DNA of 31,830 nt from Rhodoferax sp. (GTDB lineage Bacteria > Pseudomonadota > Gammaproteobacteria > Burkholderiales > Burkholderiaceae_C), in the NCBI GenBank assembly GCA_031380235.1, contig JANNFW010000526.1:1-31830 (forward strand), written 5' to 3'. A program made the translations under genes and the position numbers. Below are positions 1-10,429 of the stretch, piece by piece. How positions within the stretch are numbered: the first letter of the stretch is position 1; every line of letters starts with the position of its first letter. The notes below the pieces were generated by a model that saw nothing but the letters and a program-made list of their open reading frames with translations, did not search any database and was not told where the DNA came from.

Positions 1-855
1 ACTTGCCAGCGCGGTGCGAACCAAAGGCACCACCCTGGCCGTGACGTCAGCGCTTGCGACACCCGCGATGTAGACGCCAAACCAGTCGCGCATCTCCAGC
101 CCCGTCACGTTTTGTTCGGAAAACGTCGGTATGTCGGGTGCGAACCTTGAACGCGCAGGGCCCGTTGAGGCCAACAAGCGCAATTTGCCGGCTTTGGCGG
201 GCTGAATCAGGTCACCCAAAGTCAGCACGAGGGCGCTGATCTGCCCGCCGATCAAGTCAGTGATGGCGGGTGCGCCGCCTCGGTAGGGCACGTGCGTCAT
301 GTTCAGCCCGAGCTTTCGACTCAAATAGTCGCCCACAAAATGGGGTGGTGTGCCCGCCGATGGCGACCCATATGTCACCCGGCCGTCATTCGCTTTGGCC
401 CACCTGGCAAAGTCCGCCACGGTTTTGACTTCTGCCGGAACGCCAGCACCCACCGCAAAGCCAAAGTCAATCAAGGCTGCCATGCTCAGCGCTGTAAAGT
501 CTTTGAACGGGTCGTAGTTGGACTTCTTGAAGGTGTGCGGGTTGATGGTCAGCACACCCGCTGGATTCATCAACAAGGTCAAGCCGTCTGGGGGGCTTTG
601 ACGGGCGATGTCCACGGCAATGCGACCCGCGGCGCCGGGCCGGTTGTCAACGATCACGGCTTTGGCCAGTTTGCCTGTGAGTTGTTCGGCCAAGCGGCGC
701 GAGATCAGGTCAATCGCGCCACCCGGTGGAAAGCCCACCAAAATTCGGGCGGTTTCTGGCAGGCTTTGCCCCCGCGCGGCGATGGGGTAAAGCGCACCGA
801 TAGTCGATGCGACAAGGCCAAATTGAAGTACTGTGCGGCGGCTGATGGGGCTCAT
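1..855 (-). CDS. Bug/TctC-family tripartite tricarboxylate transporter substrate-binding protein (3' end runs off the left edge)
   Basis: Not in the ORF track; translated by hand from the ATG at 855: MSPISRRTVLQFG...RILVGFPPGGAIDLISRRLAEQL...VIVDNRPGAAGRIAV...PPDGLTLL...HVPYRGGAPAITDLIGGQI. GFPPGG, DNRPGA and HVPYRGGAP are typical Bug motifs. Confidence 0.93.
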   Translation of the reverse strand, partial: MSPISRRTVLQFGLVASTIGALYPIAARGQSLPETARILVGFPPGGAIDLISRRLAEQLTGKLAKAVIVDNRPGAAGRIAVDIARQSPPDGLTLLMNPAGVLTINPHTFKKSNYDPFKDFTALSMAALIDFGFAVGAGVPAEVKTVADFARWAKANDGRVTYGSPSAGTPPHFVGDYLSRKLGLNMTHVPYRGGAPAITDLIGGQISALVLTLGDLIQPAKAGKLRLLASTGPARSRFAPDIPTFSEQNVTGLEMRDWFGVYIAGVASADVTARVVPLVRTALAS

Positions 856-1094
856 GGTGTTGTCCTGCGAGGAGTTGTTTTCAAAGTCTCGGCAGAATAC
901 GCAGGCAAGCCCGGATTGAGAAACAGTTTGTGCGGATGAATTGCATCGAAGCAACCAATACCAAGGGTTTGTAATAAGGGGTTTACCCCCAGCCGTGGCG
1001 GCCCGTTGCGCCTACTGAGACCTGCAAAACTCGCTGTCGTCAGCAGGTTTTGACGAATGCGGCAATCACAACAGTGCCGGGGCGAAAATATCAA

Positions 1095-1120
1095 AAAAAT
1101 TAACTCGGAGGTTAATTTTT
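1095..1120. promoter_or_regulatory. Perfect AT-rich inverted repeat AAAAATTAAC-N6-GTTAATTTTT, candidate operator
   Basis: The 10-bp arms at 1095-1104 and 1111-1120 are exact reverse complements; it lies in the spacer upstream of the bug gene. Confidence 0.45.
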
Positions 1121-1167
1121 AGCAAAAAATCACCTGAAAAACCTAAATTTGCAAACAAATACGACTA

Positions 1168-1210
1168 TAGCTCTCGCTTTTAGTGCGTAAACAGCTATAT
1201 AAAGCATAGC
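1168..1210. repeat. Short interspersed repeat, intergenic copy (same family as the copy inside clpV)
   Basis: TAGCTCTC...GTGCGTAA..AGCTA-N9-TAGC aligns without gaps to 26633-26675 and ends in a GCTA-N9-TAGC hairpin. Confidence 0.6.
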
Positions 1211-1235
1211 AAATCAACAGCAGTAACGTCCGGTT

Positions 1236-2345
1236 TTATCGGCCAGACCGCCTTAAATACCGCTTTCGCCAGAATACGGAGATCAGCGTGATCGCAACAA
1301 TTGCCATCAAGGCTATCGCCCACCACACACCGGTTGACCGGTGAATCAGGGGAAGGCCATCAAAGTTCATCCCGAAAAACCCGGTGATCAGGTTCAGCGG
1401 TAAAAAGATGGCAGTCAGCACCGTGAGCGTGCGCATGATGTCGTTGGTGCGGCTGCCTTGCACACTGAAGTGGATTTGCACGGCTGTCTCGGCACTTTGC
1501 TCCAGCCGACGCACGTGGTGCACCACCCGTTCAATGTGCTCCAGGACGTCGCGGCTGCGCACCTGCAGCAAGTCACGCTCGCGCGATTCTGCGGGCGTTT
1601 GCGCCTCTGGCCAGGTTTTCAGTGCCTCAATCCAGTCTTGCAGCGCCGCACGCTGGTCTTCGCAGATTTCGTCCAGGTGGTGCAAGGAGAGCCGCGTATC
1701 CAGGAGTGAGTTCCAGTTGTTGAAGCGCGAGCGCGGGTTGATCAGCTCGTTCTGCCAATGATCCAGCTGGTGCGTGAGTTCCCTGCGCAGCTCTAAAAAG
1801 CTATCGACCATCTGGTTGATGATGCGCAGCATCAAGTCGGCCGGACTGGTGGGCAGGCGAGCGCCCGCGACGCGGGTGTCGATTGGCACGGCGTTGAGCA
1901 GCTTGCTGGCATAGGCGTCACGCACGACACAGTCGGTCGGGTGCACGGTGAGCAAGATGCGGTCCAGGACGGCAAATCCGACGGGGCTGGTGTCGATACG
2001 CTTGAGCACCGGCGGGCCGCCGCGAGTCGAGGCCTGCACCACGGGTTGACCGGGCTGCGCCATATCAGTTTCGCTTTTGCCCGACGCGAGCCGCCGGAAC
2101 ACAAGTAGATCGTATTGCGAGGTGTAATCGTAGTGCGAGGGCAACTGGTTGTTGATCAGGTCAGACATGTGAAGATCGACCAACTGCACGCCGCTGAGTG
2201 CTTGCAACGCACCTTGGATTTGCACCTGCATCACCTCAAACTCGCGCCGCGCGCAGGCAATCCACAAGAAGCCGTTGGCGGGCAACTGGGTGGGCAGCTC
2301 CGCGCTTTCTGAAACCGCGCTGCCTTGGATCGTGATGATACGCAT
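1236..2345 (-). CDS. corA: CorA-family Mg2+/Co2+ transporter
   Basis: 369 aa; large soluble N-terminal region, then two C-terminal TM helices with the signature MRTLTVLTAIFLPLNLITGFFGMNF (GMN motif). Confidence 0.93.
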   Translation of the reverse strand: MRIITIQGSAVSESAELPTQLPANGFLWIACARREFEVMQVQIQGALQALSGVQLVDLHMSDLINNQLPSHYDYTSQYDLLVFRRLASGKSETDMAQPGQPVVQASTRGGPPVLKRIDTSPVGFAVLDRILLTVHPTDCVVRDAYASKLLNAVPIDTRVAGARLPTSPADLMLRIINQMVDSFLELRRELTHQLDHWQNELINPRSRFNNWNSLLDTRLSLHHLDEICEDQRAALQDWIEALKTWPEAQTPAESRERDLLQVRSRDVLEHIERVVHHVRRLEQSAETAVQIHFSVQGSRTNDIMRTLTVLTAIFLPLNLITGFFGMNFDGLPLIHRSTGVWWAIALMAIVAITLISVFWRKRYLRRSGR

Positions 2346-2369
2346 GGGCTTGAGAACGTTGCTTGGGCG

Positions 2370-3486
<1,117 letters not shown>

Positions 3487-3490
3487 AGAA

Positions 3491-3589
3491 GCGGGTGGCT
3501 TGCCACCTCCCGCTTTTCCTCCCTGAGCGGGGCCTTGATGTGTGACAGCAAATAGGCTTATCCCCCAGCCCAGTGCTGGGGTTTTTTTT
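3491..3589 (+). ncRNA. Candidate ~100-nt small RNA or leader/attenuator RNA
   Basis: Begins just after the promoter with a 5' hairpin (GCGGG.TGGC-TT-GCCA.CCCGC), has a single-stranded TTCCTCCC anti-Shine-Dalgarno-like tract, and ends in an intrinsic terminator; no credible ORF. Confidence 0.55.
3563..3589 (+). terminator. Rho-independent terminator
   Basis: CCCCAGC-CCAGT-GCTGGGG perfect 7-bp stem followed by T8. Confidence 0.85.
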
Positions 3590-3591
3590 GC

Positions 3592-3732
3592 GGCTTCGTC
3601 AGCAGAGCGCATTCTCGGGCGAATTGCTGCGTTGCGCGGTGCTCGCAATCCTCACGTACAGAAGTACGCTCCGGTTGCTGCGCTCCGGGCGCCTTGCACT
3701 TCATCCCGATAATGCACTCTGCTGACGAAGCC
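3592..3732. mobile_element. 141-bp MITE-like non-autonomous element
   Basis: 28-bp terminal inverted repeats, 26/28 identical (GGCTTCGTCAGCAGAGcGCATTcTCGGG at 3592-3619; reverse complement at 3705-3732); central hairpin CGTAC-AGAA-GTACG; no transposase; no target-site duplication seen. Confidence 0.7.
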
Positions 3733-3777
3733 TCCGTTAGCCCTGAGACGCGACGCTGTTGTTCGAGACAAATATTT

Positions 3778-4206
3778 ATGCTCTGGATCAAATCCCTCCA
3801 CATCATCTTCGTTGTCAGCTGGTTTGCGGGGCTGTTTTATATGCCGCGCATTTTTGTGAATCTGGCGCAGGTGCCCGCCGATTCAACCGCCGAGCGGGAT
3901 CGATTGCTGTTGATGGCATCAAAGCTTTATCGGTTCATGGGGCCACTGGCGCTTTTGGCGTTGATCTTTGGCGTGTGGCTGTGGCTGGGCTACGGCATTG
4001 GGCGCGGGCCGGGCAATGGGTGGCTGCACGCCAAGCTGTTTGTGGTGTTTTTGATCATCGGCTACCACGGGGCGTGCGGCAGCTTGCTTAAAAAATTCCA
4101 GTCTGGTAAAAATGTGCGCGGCCATGTTTGGTACCGCTGGTTCAATGAAGTGCCCGTGCTCATGCTGGCTTGTGCGGTGATTCTGGTTGTCGTAAAACCT
4201 TTTTAA
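3778..4206 (+). CDS. hemJ: HemJ-type protoporphyrinogen IX oxidase (CopD/UPF0093 family membrane protein)
   Basis: 142 aa from the ATG at 3778: MLWIKSLHIIFVVSWFAGLFYMPRIFV...WLHAKL...RWFNEVP...LVVVKPF, matching HemJ hallmarks; neighbours hemB. The track start at 3694 lies inside the MITE. Confidence 0.85.
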   Translation: MLWIKSLHIIFVVSWFAGLFYMPRIFVNLAQVPADSTAERDRLLLMASKLYRFMGPLALLALIFGVWLWLGYGIGRGPGNGWLHAKLFVVFLIIGYHGACGSLLKKFQSGKNVRGHVWYRWFNEVPVLMLACAVILVVVKPF

Positions 4207-5309
4207 TGCATAAAACCTCAGCGTGGCCGCTGTCCCTGACTTATGCGGGCTTGATTGTTTACGCCAGCCTGTACCCGTTCGCCGAATGGCGCGCCCAAGG
4301 CATTTTTCCTTTCAGTTATTTGTGGCAGCCGTGGCCGCAGTACTGGACCGGGTTTGATGTAGGCATCAATATCGCCGGGTATGTGCCATTTGGCTTTTTC
4401 GTGGCACTGGCAGCGTTACGTACGGGTCGCGCCACCCATGCGGTTTTGCTGGCGACGCTGATCGCCGGGCTGATGGCGCTGTTGATGGAAACAGTTCAAG
4501 GGTTTTTGATATCTCGGGTGCCCTCCAATGTAGATTTAGCGCTCAACCTGTTCGGCGGCTGGCTGGGTGCGGTGGCCGCAACGATGCTGGAGAAGGCTGG
4601 CGCGCTGGATCGATGGAGCCGCATTCGCAACCGTTGGTTTGTGAATGATGCGCGCGGGGGCCTGGTCTTGCTCGCACTGTGGCCAATTGCATTGCTTTTC
4701 CCTTCGTCCGTGCCATTGGGTTTGGGGCAAGTATTCGAGCGCCTGGAAGAGACGCTGGCCGAGCGGCTTGCCGACACGCCGTTTCTGGAGTGGCTGCCTG
4801 TGCGCGCGGTGGAGCTGCAACCGATGACGCCCAGCGCCGAGATGGTGTGCGTGCTGCTGGGCGCCCTGATACCCTGCCTGGTCGGGTTTTGCGTGATTCG
4901 CGGTGGGCTACGCCGTGGCCTGTTTGTGCTGGGTGCAATGGCCTGCGCCGTGGGTGTGACGGCACTTTCTGCGGCTTTGAGTTTTGGGCCGTTTCATGCA
5001 TGGGCCTGGTTTGGCCTGCCCGCCCGAATAGGCCTGGCGCTGGCGTTTGTTGTGGCCTGCGCACTGCTGCTGGTGCGCAGGCGATTTAGCGCAGCGCTGG
5101 CTATCCTTTGCCTAGGTGTGTACCTGAGCATCATCAACCAAGCTTCCAATGGACCGTATTACGAGCAGACCCTGCACGCTTGGGAGCAGGGACGATTCAT
5201 CCGCTTCAATGGCGTGGCGCAGTGGTTGGCGTGGCTTTGGCCGTATGCAACACTGATTTACGTCTTGATCTTGATCGCAAGGCCCGAAACCCGTCAATCT
5301 GAAAACTAA
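4206..5309 (+). CDS. VanZ-like polytopic membrane protein
   Basis: Start overlaps the hemJ stop (TAATG); LIVYASLYPF, NIAGYVPFGF and ETVQGFLISRVPSNVDLALN are VanZ-like motifs; many hydrophobic segments. Confidence 0.8.
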   Translation: MHKTSAWPLSLTYAGLIVYASLYPFAEWRAQGIFPFSYLWQPWPQYWTGFDVGINIAGYVPFGFFVALAALRTGRATHAVLLATLIAGLMALLMETVQGFLISRVPSNVDLALNLFGGWLGAVAATMLEKAGALDRWSRIRNRWFVNDARGGLVLLALWPIALLFPSSVPLGLGQVFERLEETLAERLADTPFLEWLPVRAVELQPMTPSAEMVCVLLGALIPCLVGFCVIRGGLRRGLFVLGAMACAVGVTALSAALSFGPFHAWAWFGLPARIGLALAFVVACALLLVRRRFSAALAILCLGVYLSIINQASNGPYYEQTLHAWEQGRFIRFNGVAQWLAWLWPYATLIYVLILIARPETRQSEN

Positions 5310-5318
5310 AATGGTGCA

Positions 5319-5711
5319 ATGAATCAAGTTTTGAAAAATCCCGATAAAAGTCCCGACGCCACAGCGCCAGCTTTGATCAAATCCTATTACGAGCGGCACA
5401 TCTTCTTTTGTCTCAACGAGCGAAAAAACGGTGAAGACTGCTGCGCGCAGCATGAAGCGCAAGCCGGTTTTGACCGTTGCAAGGCGCAAGTCAAGGCCGC
5501 CGGGCTGGCGGGTGTGGGCAAAGTACGCGTCAACAAAGCCGGGTGTCTCGATCGCTGCGCCGGTGGCCCGGTCGCAGTGGTGTACCCCGAGAACGTCTGG
5601 TACACATATGTCGATGCACACGACATTGACGAAATTGTGGACTCGCACTTGACCAAGGGCGAGGTCGTCGAGCGCTTGCGCATGTCGGCCTCTGTGGGGC
5701 GCTGGCCATGA
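5319..5711 (+). CDS. Thioredoxin-fold [2Fe-2S] ferredoxin
   Basis: HIFFCLNER...DCCAQH...RVNKAGCLDRCAGGPVAVVYPENVWY; cysteine spacing of the Aquifex-type ferredoxin family. Confidence 0.92.
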   Translation: MNQVLKNPDKSPDATAPALIKSYYERHIFFCLNERKNGEDCCAQHEAQAGFDRCKAQVKAAGLAGVGKVRVNKAGCLDRCAGGPVAVVYPENVWYTYVDAHDIDEIVDSHLTKGEVVERLRMSASVGRWP

Positions 5712-6937
5712 AGGCGTTACTCATTGCCTTGCTGGCAACTCTTTCACTCACCGCAGTCGCACAGGCTCCGCAAGCCCCCGAAATCGCCGCCAGGTCGTAT
5801 CTGCTGCTGGATGTCACATCCAACCAGATGCTGGCCGAGAAAGACATCGACTCACCCATTGAGCAAGCCTCACTCACCAAGCTGATGACGGCTTACCTGG
5901 TGTTTGACGCTTTGCGCAGCAAAAAGATTGACTTGAAGCAAACTTTGCCCGTGAGCGCGCGCGCCTGGAAGATGCCGGGTTCGCGCATGTTCATCGACCC
6001 GAAAATGCAAGTGCCGGTGGAAGACCTCATCAAGGGCATGATTGTTCAATCGGGCAACGATGCCACCATGGCCCTGGCCGAAGGCGTAGGCGGTACGGCA
6101 GAGCGCTTTGTGCAACTGATGAACGAGCAGGCCAAGACGCTGGGGATGAAGGGCACCAGTTACAAGAACCCGGAGGGGCTGACTGAGGCGGGCCACCTCA
6201 CCACGGCACGGGATTTAAGCATTCTGGCGACGCGGCTGATGCGCGATTTCCCAGAGTTCATCCACTTCTACGCCATCAAGAAGTACCACTACGCGGGCAC
6301 TCCCGCCACCAACGACACCAACCGCAACTTGCTGCTGTTTCGCGACCCGACGGTGGACGGCCTGAAGACGGGTCACACCGATGCGGCGGGCTACTGCCTG
6401 ATTGCCACCGCCAAGCGTGAATTCGCCAGCTTGGGGGCTGTTGCGTCCGCAGCGGCGGCAAGCGCCCCAACAGCGGGCGCCAGCGCGCCTGTCCTCATCA
6501 CCAGCCCGACGAGCACGGGCAGCCGCCGCCTGCTATCGGTCGTGCTGGGTGCCGCCAGCGAAAACGCCCGCGCCAATGAGTCGCAAAAGCTTTTGAACTG
6601 GGGCTATACCGCGTTTGAAGCTGTCAAGCTGTTTGATGCCAACCAGCCCGTCTCAACCCCAGCGGTCTGGAAAGGCAAGGACGCGACCATCAAGCTGGGG
6701 CGCAGTCAAGCCATCATCATCACAGTGCCTGCGGGAAGCGCATCTAAGATTAAAACTCAAGTTGTCAGGCCCGACCCCCTGGTCGCGCCGTTTGCCAAAA
6801 GCCAGCCGCTCGGTAGCCTGAAAGTCATGGTTGGCGAACAGACTGTGGCCGACATCCCGCTGATTGCGCTGGAAGGCGTAGAGCAGGCGGGATTGCTTGG
6901 GCGCGCTTGGGATTCGATTCGGCTGTGGATTAAATAG
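5708..6937 (+). CDS. dacC: D-alanyl-D-alanine carboxypeptidase (peptidase S11, PBP5/6-like)
   Basis: Signal peptide; SxxK (ASLTKLM), SxN (SGNDA) and KTG (LKTGHT) motifs; PBP5-like C-terminal domain; ATGA overlap with the ferredoxin gene. Confidence 0.92.
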   Translation: MKALLIALLATLSLTAVAQAPQAPEIAARSYLLLDVTSNQMLAEKDIDSPIEQASLTKLMTAYLVFDALRSKKIDLKQTLPVSARAWKMPGSRMFIDPKMQVPVEDLIKGMIVQSGNDATMALAEGVGGTAERFVQLMNEQAKTLGMKGTSYKNPEGLTEAGHLTTARDLSILATRLMRDFPEFIHFYAIKKYHYAGTPATNDTNRNLLLFRDPTVDGLKTGHTDAAGYCLIATAKREFASLGAVASAAAASAPTAGASAPVLITSPTSTGSRRLLSVVLGAASENARANESQKLLNWGYTAFEAVKLFDANQPVSTPAVWKGKDATIKLGRSQAIIITVPAGSASKIKTQVVRPDPLVAPFAKSQPLGSLKVMVGEQTVADIPLIALEGVEQAGLLGRAWDSIRLWIK

Positions 6938-7124
6938 TCATCGCCGCGAAGACACTCAAAACCAAAACCGCGTAAGGTTGGCTGCCAGCGCTGCATCAGA
7001 CACAGTTTCCCTGTCCCGAACGGGCACTTGCCCACTTGAAATTCCGCGCCAGCCATTCGTTTTGCTGATTAAACCCCAAGACAAAATAGTCCAGAGGTCT
7101 ACTTAAAGAGGCTAAAGACGCGTC

Positions 7125-8159
7125 ATGCTTAGTACCGAATCCATCGAAACCTTATTGAGCCCGATCAGTGAGGCGCTGCCCAGTGGCGATGATCTTGAGT
7201 ACGATGCCGCGTTTACTGCGCTGGAGGCTGAAGCGCAGCCTAAGGCCGAGCAGCAGTTTGGCGACACGCTCATCCCCGCAGTCGAACCTGAATGGCGCGC
7301 CTTGACGGGTCGCGCCACCGACTTGTTGAAACGCTCCAAAGATGTGCGGCTTGGCGTTCTCGCACTTCGCGCTGCCACCCGCACGCAAGGTCTTGAAGGG
7401 TTTTCGTTGGGGCTCACGTTGCTGGTGGGGTTGGTCGACCGGTTTTGGGACACGCTGCACCCTCAGCTGGATGCGGAAGACGATAACGACCCGACCATGC
7501 GAATGAATGCGTTGGCACCCCTGTCCGATTCCGGCATGGTGCTGCGCGACCTGTACGATTGCGTGCTAGGCACCTCCCGCGCGGTCGGCGCCATTCGGGT
7601 ACGCGACGTTGCCATAGCCCACAACAAGCTCACAGCATCGGGCAAAGACCCCGCTTACTCCCTGCCCCAAGTGACAGACGCCCTGCTGGACATCTACACT
7701 GCGACCCCGAATGTGTTTGACCTTGCCATTGGCGCGGCGGCGCTGGCACAACAGCTCGAAGCACTCATCGAGGCCAAGACCGGCAGAGGTGACCAGATCG
7801 ACCTCAAACCGCTGCGCGCCCTCACCCATTTGTTGCGCACTGTCTGCCAGGCCACTGTCACCGCTGCGAACCCGCAAGCGGCGCAAGCCGCCGAAGCAGA
7901 GGCTGACGGCAACCCTGCCCCCGGCGCTGCGCGTGCGGCGGGCGGCCCGATGCGTGGAGAGATCAGCACCCGCCAGGATGCGTTGCAAATGCTCGACAAG
8001 GTGATTGCCTTTCTGGAAAAAACGGAGCCGGGCAATCCAGCACCCATGTTGATCAAGCGCGCCAAACGCTTGGTAGGCGTGAGCTTTATCGATATCATGA
8101 ACGATCTTGCCCCCGACGCGATCAACAGTATTCAAAACATCACTGGCAAACCAGTCTAG
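7125..8159 (+). CDS. tssA: T6SS TssA (ImpA N-terminal domain, short type)
   Basis: LLSPIS...SGDDLEYD...F..LE, LLKRSKDVRL and WDTLHPQLD (ImpA_N); C-terminal ISTRQDALQML...EPGNPAPMLIKRAKRL; precedes tssB. Confidence 0.93.
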   Translation: MLSTESIETLLSPISEALPSGDDLEYDAAFTALEAEAQPKAEQQFGDTLIPAVEPEWRALTGRATDLLKRSKDVRLGVLALRAATRTQGLEGFSLGLTLLVGLVDRFWDTLHPQLDAEDDNDPTMRMNALAPLSDSGMVLRDLYDCVLGTSRAVGAIRVRDVAIAHNKLTASGKDPAYSLPQVTDALLDIYTATPNVFDLAIGAAALAQQLEALIEAKTGRGDQIDLKPLRALTHLLRTVCQATVTAANPQAAQAAEAEADGNPAPGAARAAGGPMRGEISTRQDALQMLDKVIAFLEKTEPGNPAPMLIKRAKRLVGVSFIDIMNDLAPDAINSIQNITGKPV

Positions 8160-8233
8160 TCCCGCACCCTGAACCAAGTTTATTCAAACCTGCACTATCC
8201 GCATCATTTCGTCAACCAACCAAGGAAGTCACC

Positions 8234-8749
8234 ATGGCCGCCAGCAGTCAAAAGTTCGTCGCCCGCAACCGGGCGCCCCGCGTTCAAATTGAATACGACG
8301 TCGAGCTCTACGGGGCGCAGAAGAAGGTGCAGTTGCCGTTCATCATGGGCGTGCTGGCCGACCTGTCTGGCAAGCCTGCAGACCCCCTGGCCCCGGTGGC
8401 TGACCGCAAGTTTCTGGAAATCGACACGGACAATTTCGACTCCCGCATGAAGGCCATGAAGCCCCGCGCAGCCTTCTCAGTGCCCAACGCACTGACAGGC
8501 GAGGGCGACATGAAGGTCGACATCAGTTTTGACAGCATGGACGACTTCTCGCCGGCCAACGTGGCCCGCAAGGTGGATTCACTCAAAAAACTCCTTGAAG
8601 CCCGCACGCAGCTGTCGAACCTGGTGACCTACATGGACGGCAAGACTGGCGCCGAGGATCTGCTTGCCAAAGTGATGGAAGACCCGGCACTGCTGCAAAC
8701 CCTCGCCAGCAGTAAAAAAGCAGAAGATGCCACGCCTCCTGCCGCCTGA
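8234..8749 (+). CDS. tssB: T6SS contractile sheath small subunit TssB (VipA)
   Basis: SSQKFVARNRAPRVQIEYDVE...LPFIMGVLADLSG...MDDFSPANVA. Confidence 0.97.
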   Translation: MAASSQKFVARNRAPRVQIEYDVELYGAQKKVQLPFIMGVLADLSGKPADPLAPVADRKFLEIDTDNFDSRMKAMKPRAAFSVPNALTGEGDMKVDISFDSMDDFSPANVARKVDSLKKLLEARTQLSNLVTYMDGKTGAEDLLAKVMEDPALLQTLASSKKAEDATPPAA

Positions 8750-8808
8750 GCTCCACCCATCTGAACTGTTCCAATCCGTATTGAACCCTAAAAAAGAGGA
8801 CTATCACC

Positions 8809-10305
8809 ATGGCTGAAAAACTGGCCCAAGACACCGCACTACCCGGCGTTACCTTTGAAGGCGGAGACTTTGCATCGCTGCTGCAAAAAGAATTTAAACC
8901 CAGCAGCAACGAGGCGAAAAGTGCCGTCGAAGCGGCTGTGCAAACCCTGGCACAGCAGGCGCTGGGCCAAACCCAGTTGATTGGCAAAGACGTCACCAAA
9001 TCTATCAACGCCATGATTGCGGCAATTGATGAAAAGCTGAGCGCCCAACTCAACCTGATATTGCACAACCCGGATTTTCAAAAGCTTGAAGGTGCCTGGC
9101 GCGGCCTGCACTACATGGTGAACAATACTGAGTCGGATGAGCACCTGAAAATCCGCGTGATGAACATCTCCAAGCTGGATCTGGGCAAGACGCTCAAGCG
9201 ATTCAAGGGCGCTGCCTGGGACCAAAGCCCACTGTTCAAGAAAGTGTACGAAGAGGAGTATGGTCAATTTGGCGGCGAACCCTTTGGCGCCATCGTCGGC
9301 GACTACCATTTTGACCAAAGCCCGCCTGATATCGAGCTGTTGGGCGAGATGGCCAAAATTGCGGCCTCCGCGCATGCGCCTTTCATCACCGGGGCGGGTC
9401 CATCCCTCATGCAGATGGAGTCTTGGCAAGAATTGGCCAATCCGCGCGATTTGACCAAAATCTTCTCTACGCCCGAGTACGCTGGCTGGCGCAGCCTGCG
9501 TGAGTCGGATGACTCCAAATACCTGGGCATGTGCATGCCGCGCTTTTTGGCTCGCACGCCCTACGGTGCTAAGACCAACCCGGTGGAAGAATTTGATTTT
9601 GAAGAAGACACGGCCGGGGCCGACCATAGCAAGTACGCTTGGGCCAACGCAGCCTACGCCATGGCCACCAACATCAACCGTTCATACAAGCAGTACGGCT
9701 GGGGCTCACGCATTCGCGGCATTGAATCTGGCGGTGCCGTGGAAAACCTGCCGCTGCACACCTTCCCAACAGACGACGGTGGCGTAGATCAAAAGTGCCC
9801 CACTGAGATCGCCATCAGCGACCGGCGCGAAGCTGAATTGTCCAAGGCCGGGTTGTTGTCGCTCATCCACCGCAAAAACTCTGACTTTGCCGCCTTCATC
9901 GGTTCGCAGTCGTTGAACAAACCCACAGAGTACGACGACCCTGATGCGACCGCCAATGCCAACTTGGCCGCGCGCCTGCCTTACTTGTTTGCCTGCAACC
10001 GTTTTGCGCACTACCTCAAGTGCATCGTGCGCGACAAAATCGGCAGCTTCAAAGAGAAAGACGAAATGCAGCGCTGGCTGAACAAGTGGATCATGAACTA
10101 CGTGGATGGCGACCCGGTCAACTCGTCAGAAGACACCAAGGCCAGGCGTCCGCTTGCAGCCGCTGAAGTGGTGGTGGAAGAGATTGAGGGCAACCCCGGC
10201 TACTACAGCAGCAAGTTCTTTTTGCGCCCGCATTACCAGCTTGAAGGCCTCACGGTGTCGTTGCGCCTGGTCTCCAAATTGCCATCGGCCAAGGGGGGCA
10301 AATAA
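8809..10305 (+). CDS. tssC: T6SS contractile sheath large subunit TssC (VipB)
   Basis: ILHNPDFQKLEGAWRGL, EEEYGQFGGEP, RGIESGGAVENLP, KCPTEIAISDRRE and FFLRPHYQLEGL motifs. Confidence 0.98.
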   Translation: MAEKLAQDTALPGVTFEGGDFASLLQKEFKPSSNEAKSAVEAAVQTLAQQALGQTQLIGKDVTKSINAMIAAIDEKLSAQLNLILHNPDFQKLEGAWRGLHYMVNNTESDEHLKIRVMNISKLDLGKTLKRFKGAAWDQSPLFKKVYEEEYGQFGGEPFGAIVGDYHFDQSPPDIELLGEMAKIAASAHAPFITGAGPSLMQMESWQELANPRDLTKIFSTPEYAGWRSLRESDDSKYLGMCMPRFLARTPYGAKTNPVEEFDFEEDTAGADHSKYAWANAAYAMATNINRSYKQYGWGSRIRGIESGGAVENLPLHTFPTDDGGVDQKCPTEIAISDRREAELSKAGLLSLIHRKNSDFAAFIGSQSLNKPTEYDDPDATANANLAARLPYLFACNRFAHYLKCIVRDKIGSFKEKDEMQRWLNKWIMNYVDGDPVNSSEDTKARRPLAAAEVVVEEIEGNPGYYSSKFFLRPHYQLEGLTVSLRLVSKLPSAKGGK

Positions 10306-10429
10306 ATATTTGCTAGTCTTTTAATCCGCAACTGCATACTCGTTATCTACTTAGCTGCTTGGTTTCCTGCCTTGGGCACCTGACTCGGCGGTCGTATTTT
10401 TAACCCTCTTTTTTTTAAAGGTGAACATC

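Noticed and set aside
292-939. 215-aa plus-strand ORF
   Set aside because: Antisense shadow of the bug gene, which has clear family motifs on the minus strand but is missing from the track because it runs off the edge.
3694-3777. N-terminal extension of HemJ given by the ORF track
   Set aside because: That ATG lies within the MITE-like element; family similarity starts at 3778.
7021-7080. Possible sigma54 promoter or operator upstream of tssA (GGGCACTTGCCC; AGCCATTCGTTTTGCT)
   Set aside because: The invariant GG-N10-GC spacing is not met. The short palindrome loosely resembles GGCAATTTGCC near 17574-17584, but both are short enough to arise by chance.
6938-7124. Genomic-island attachment site at the dacC/tssA boundary
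   Set aside because: No tRNA, integrase or convincing direct repeat; the other boundary is outside the window, so this cannot be tested.
10345-10375. TAGCTGCTT segment upstream of hcp resembling the short repeat family in reverse
   Set aside because: Only about 9 nt match and the GCTA-N9-TAGC hairpin is absent.
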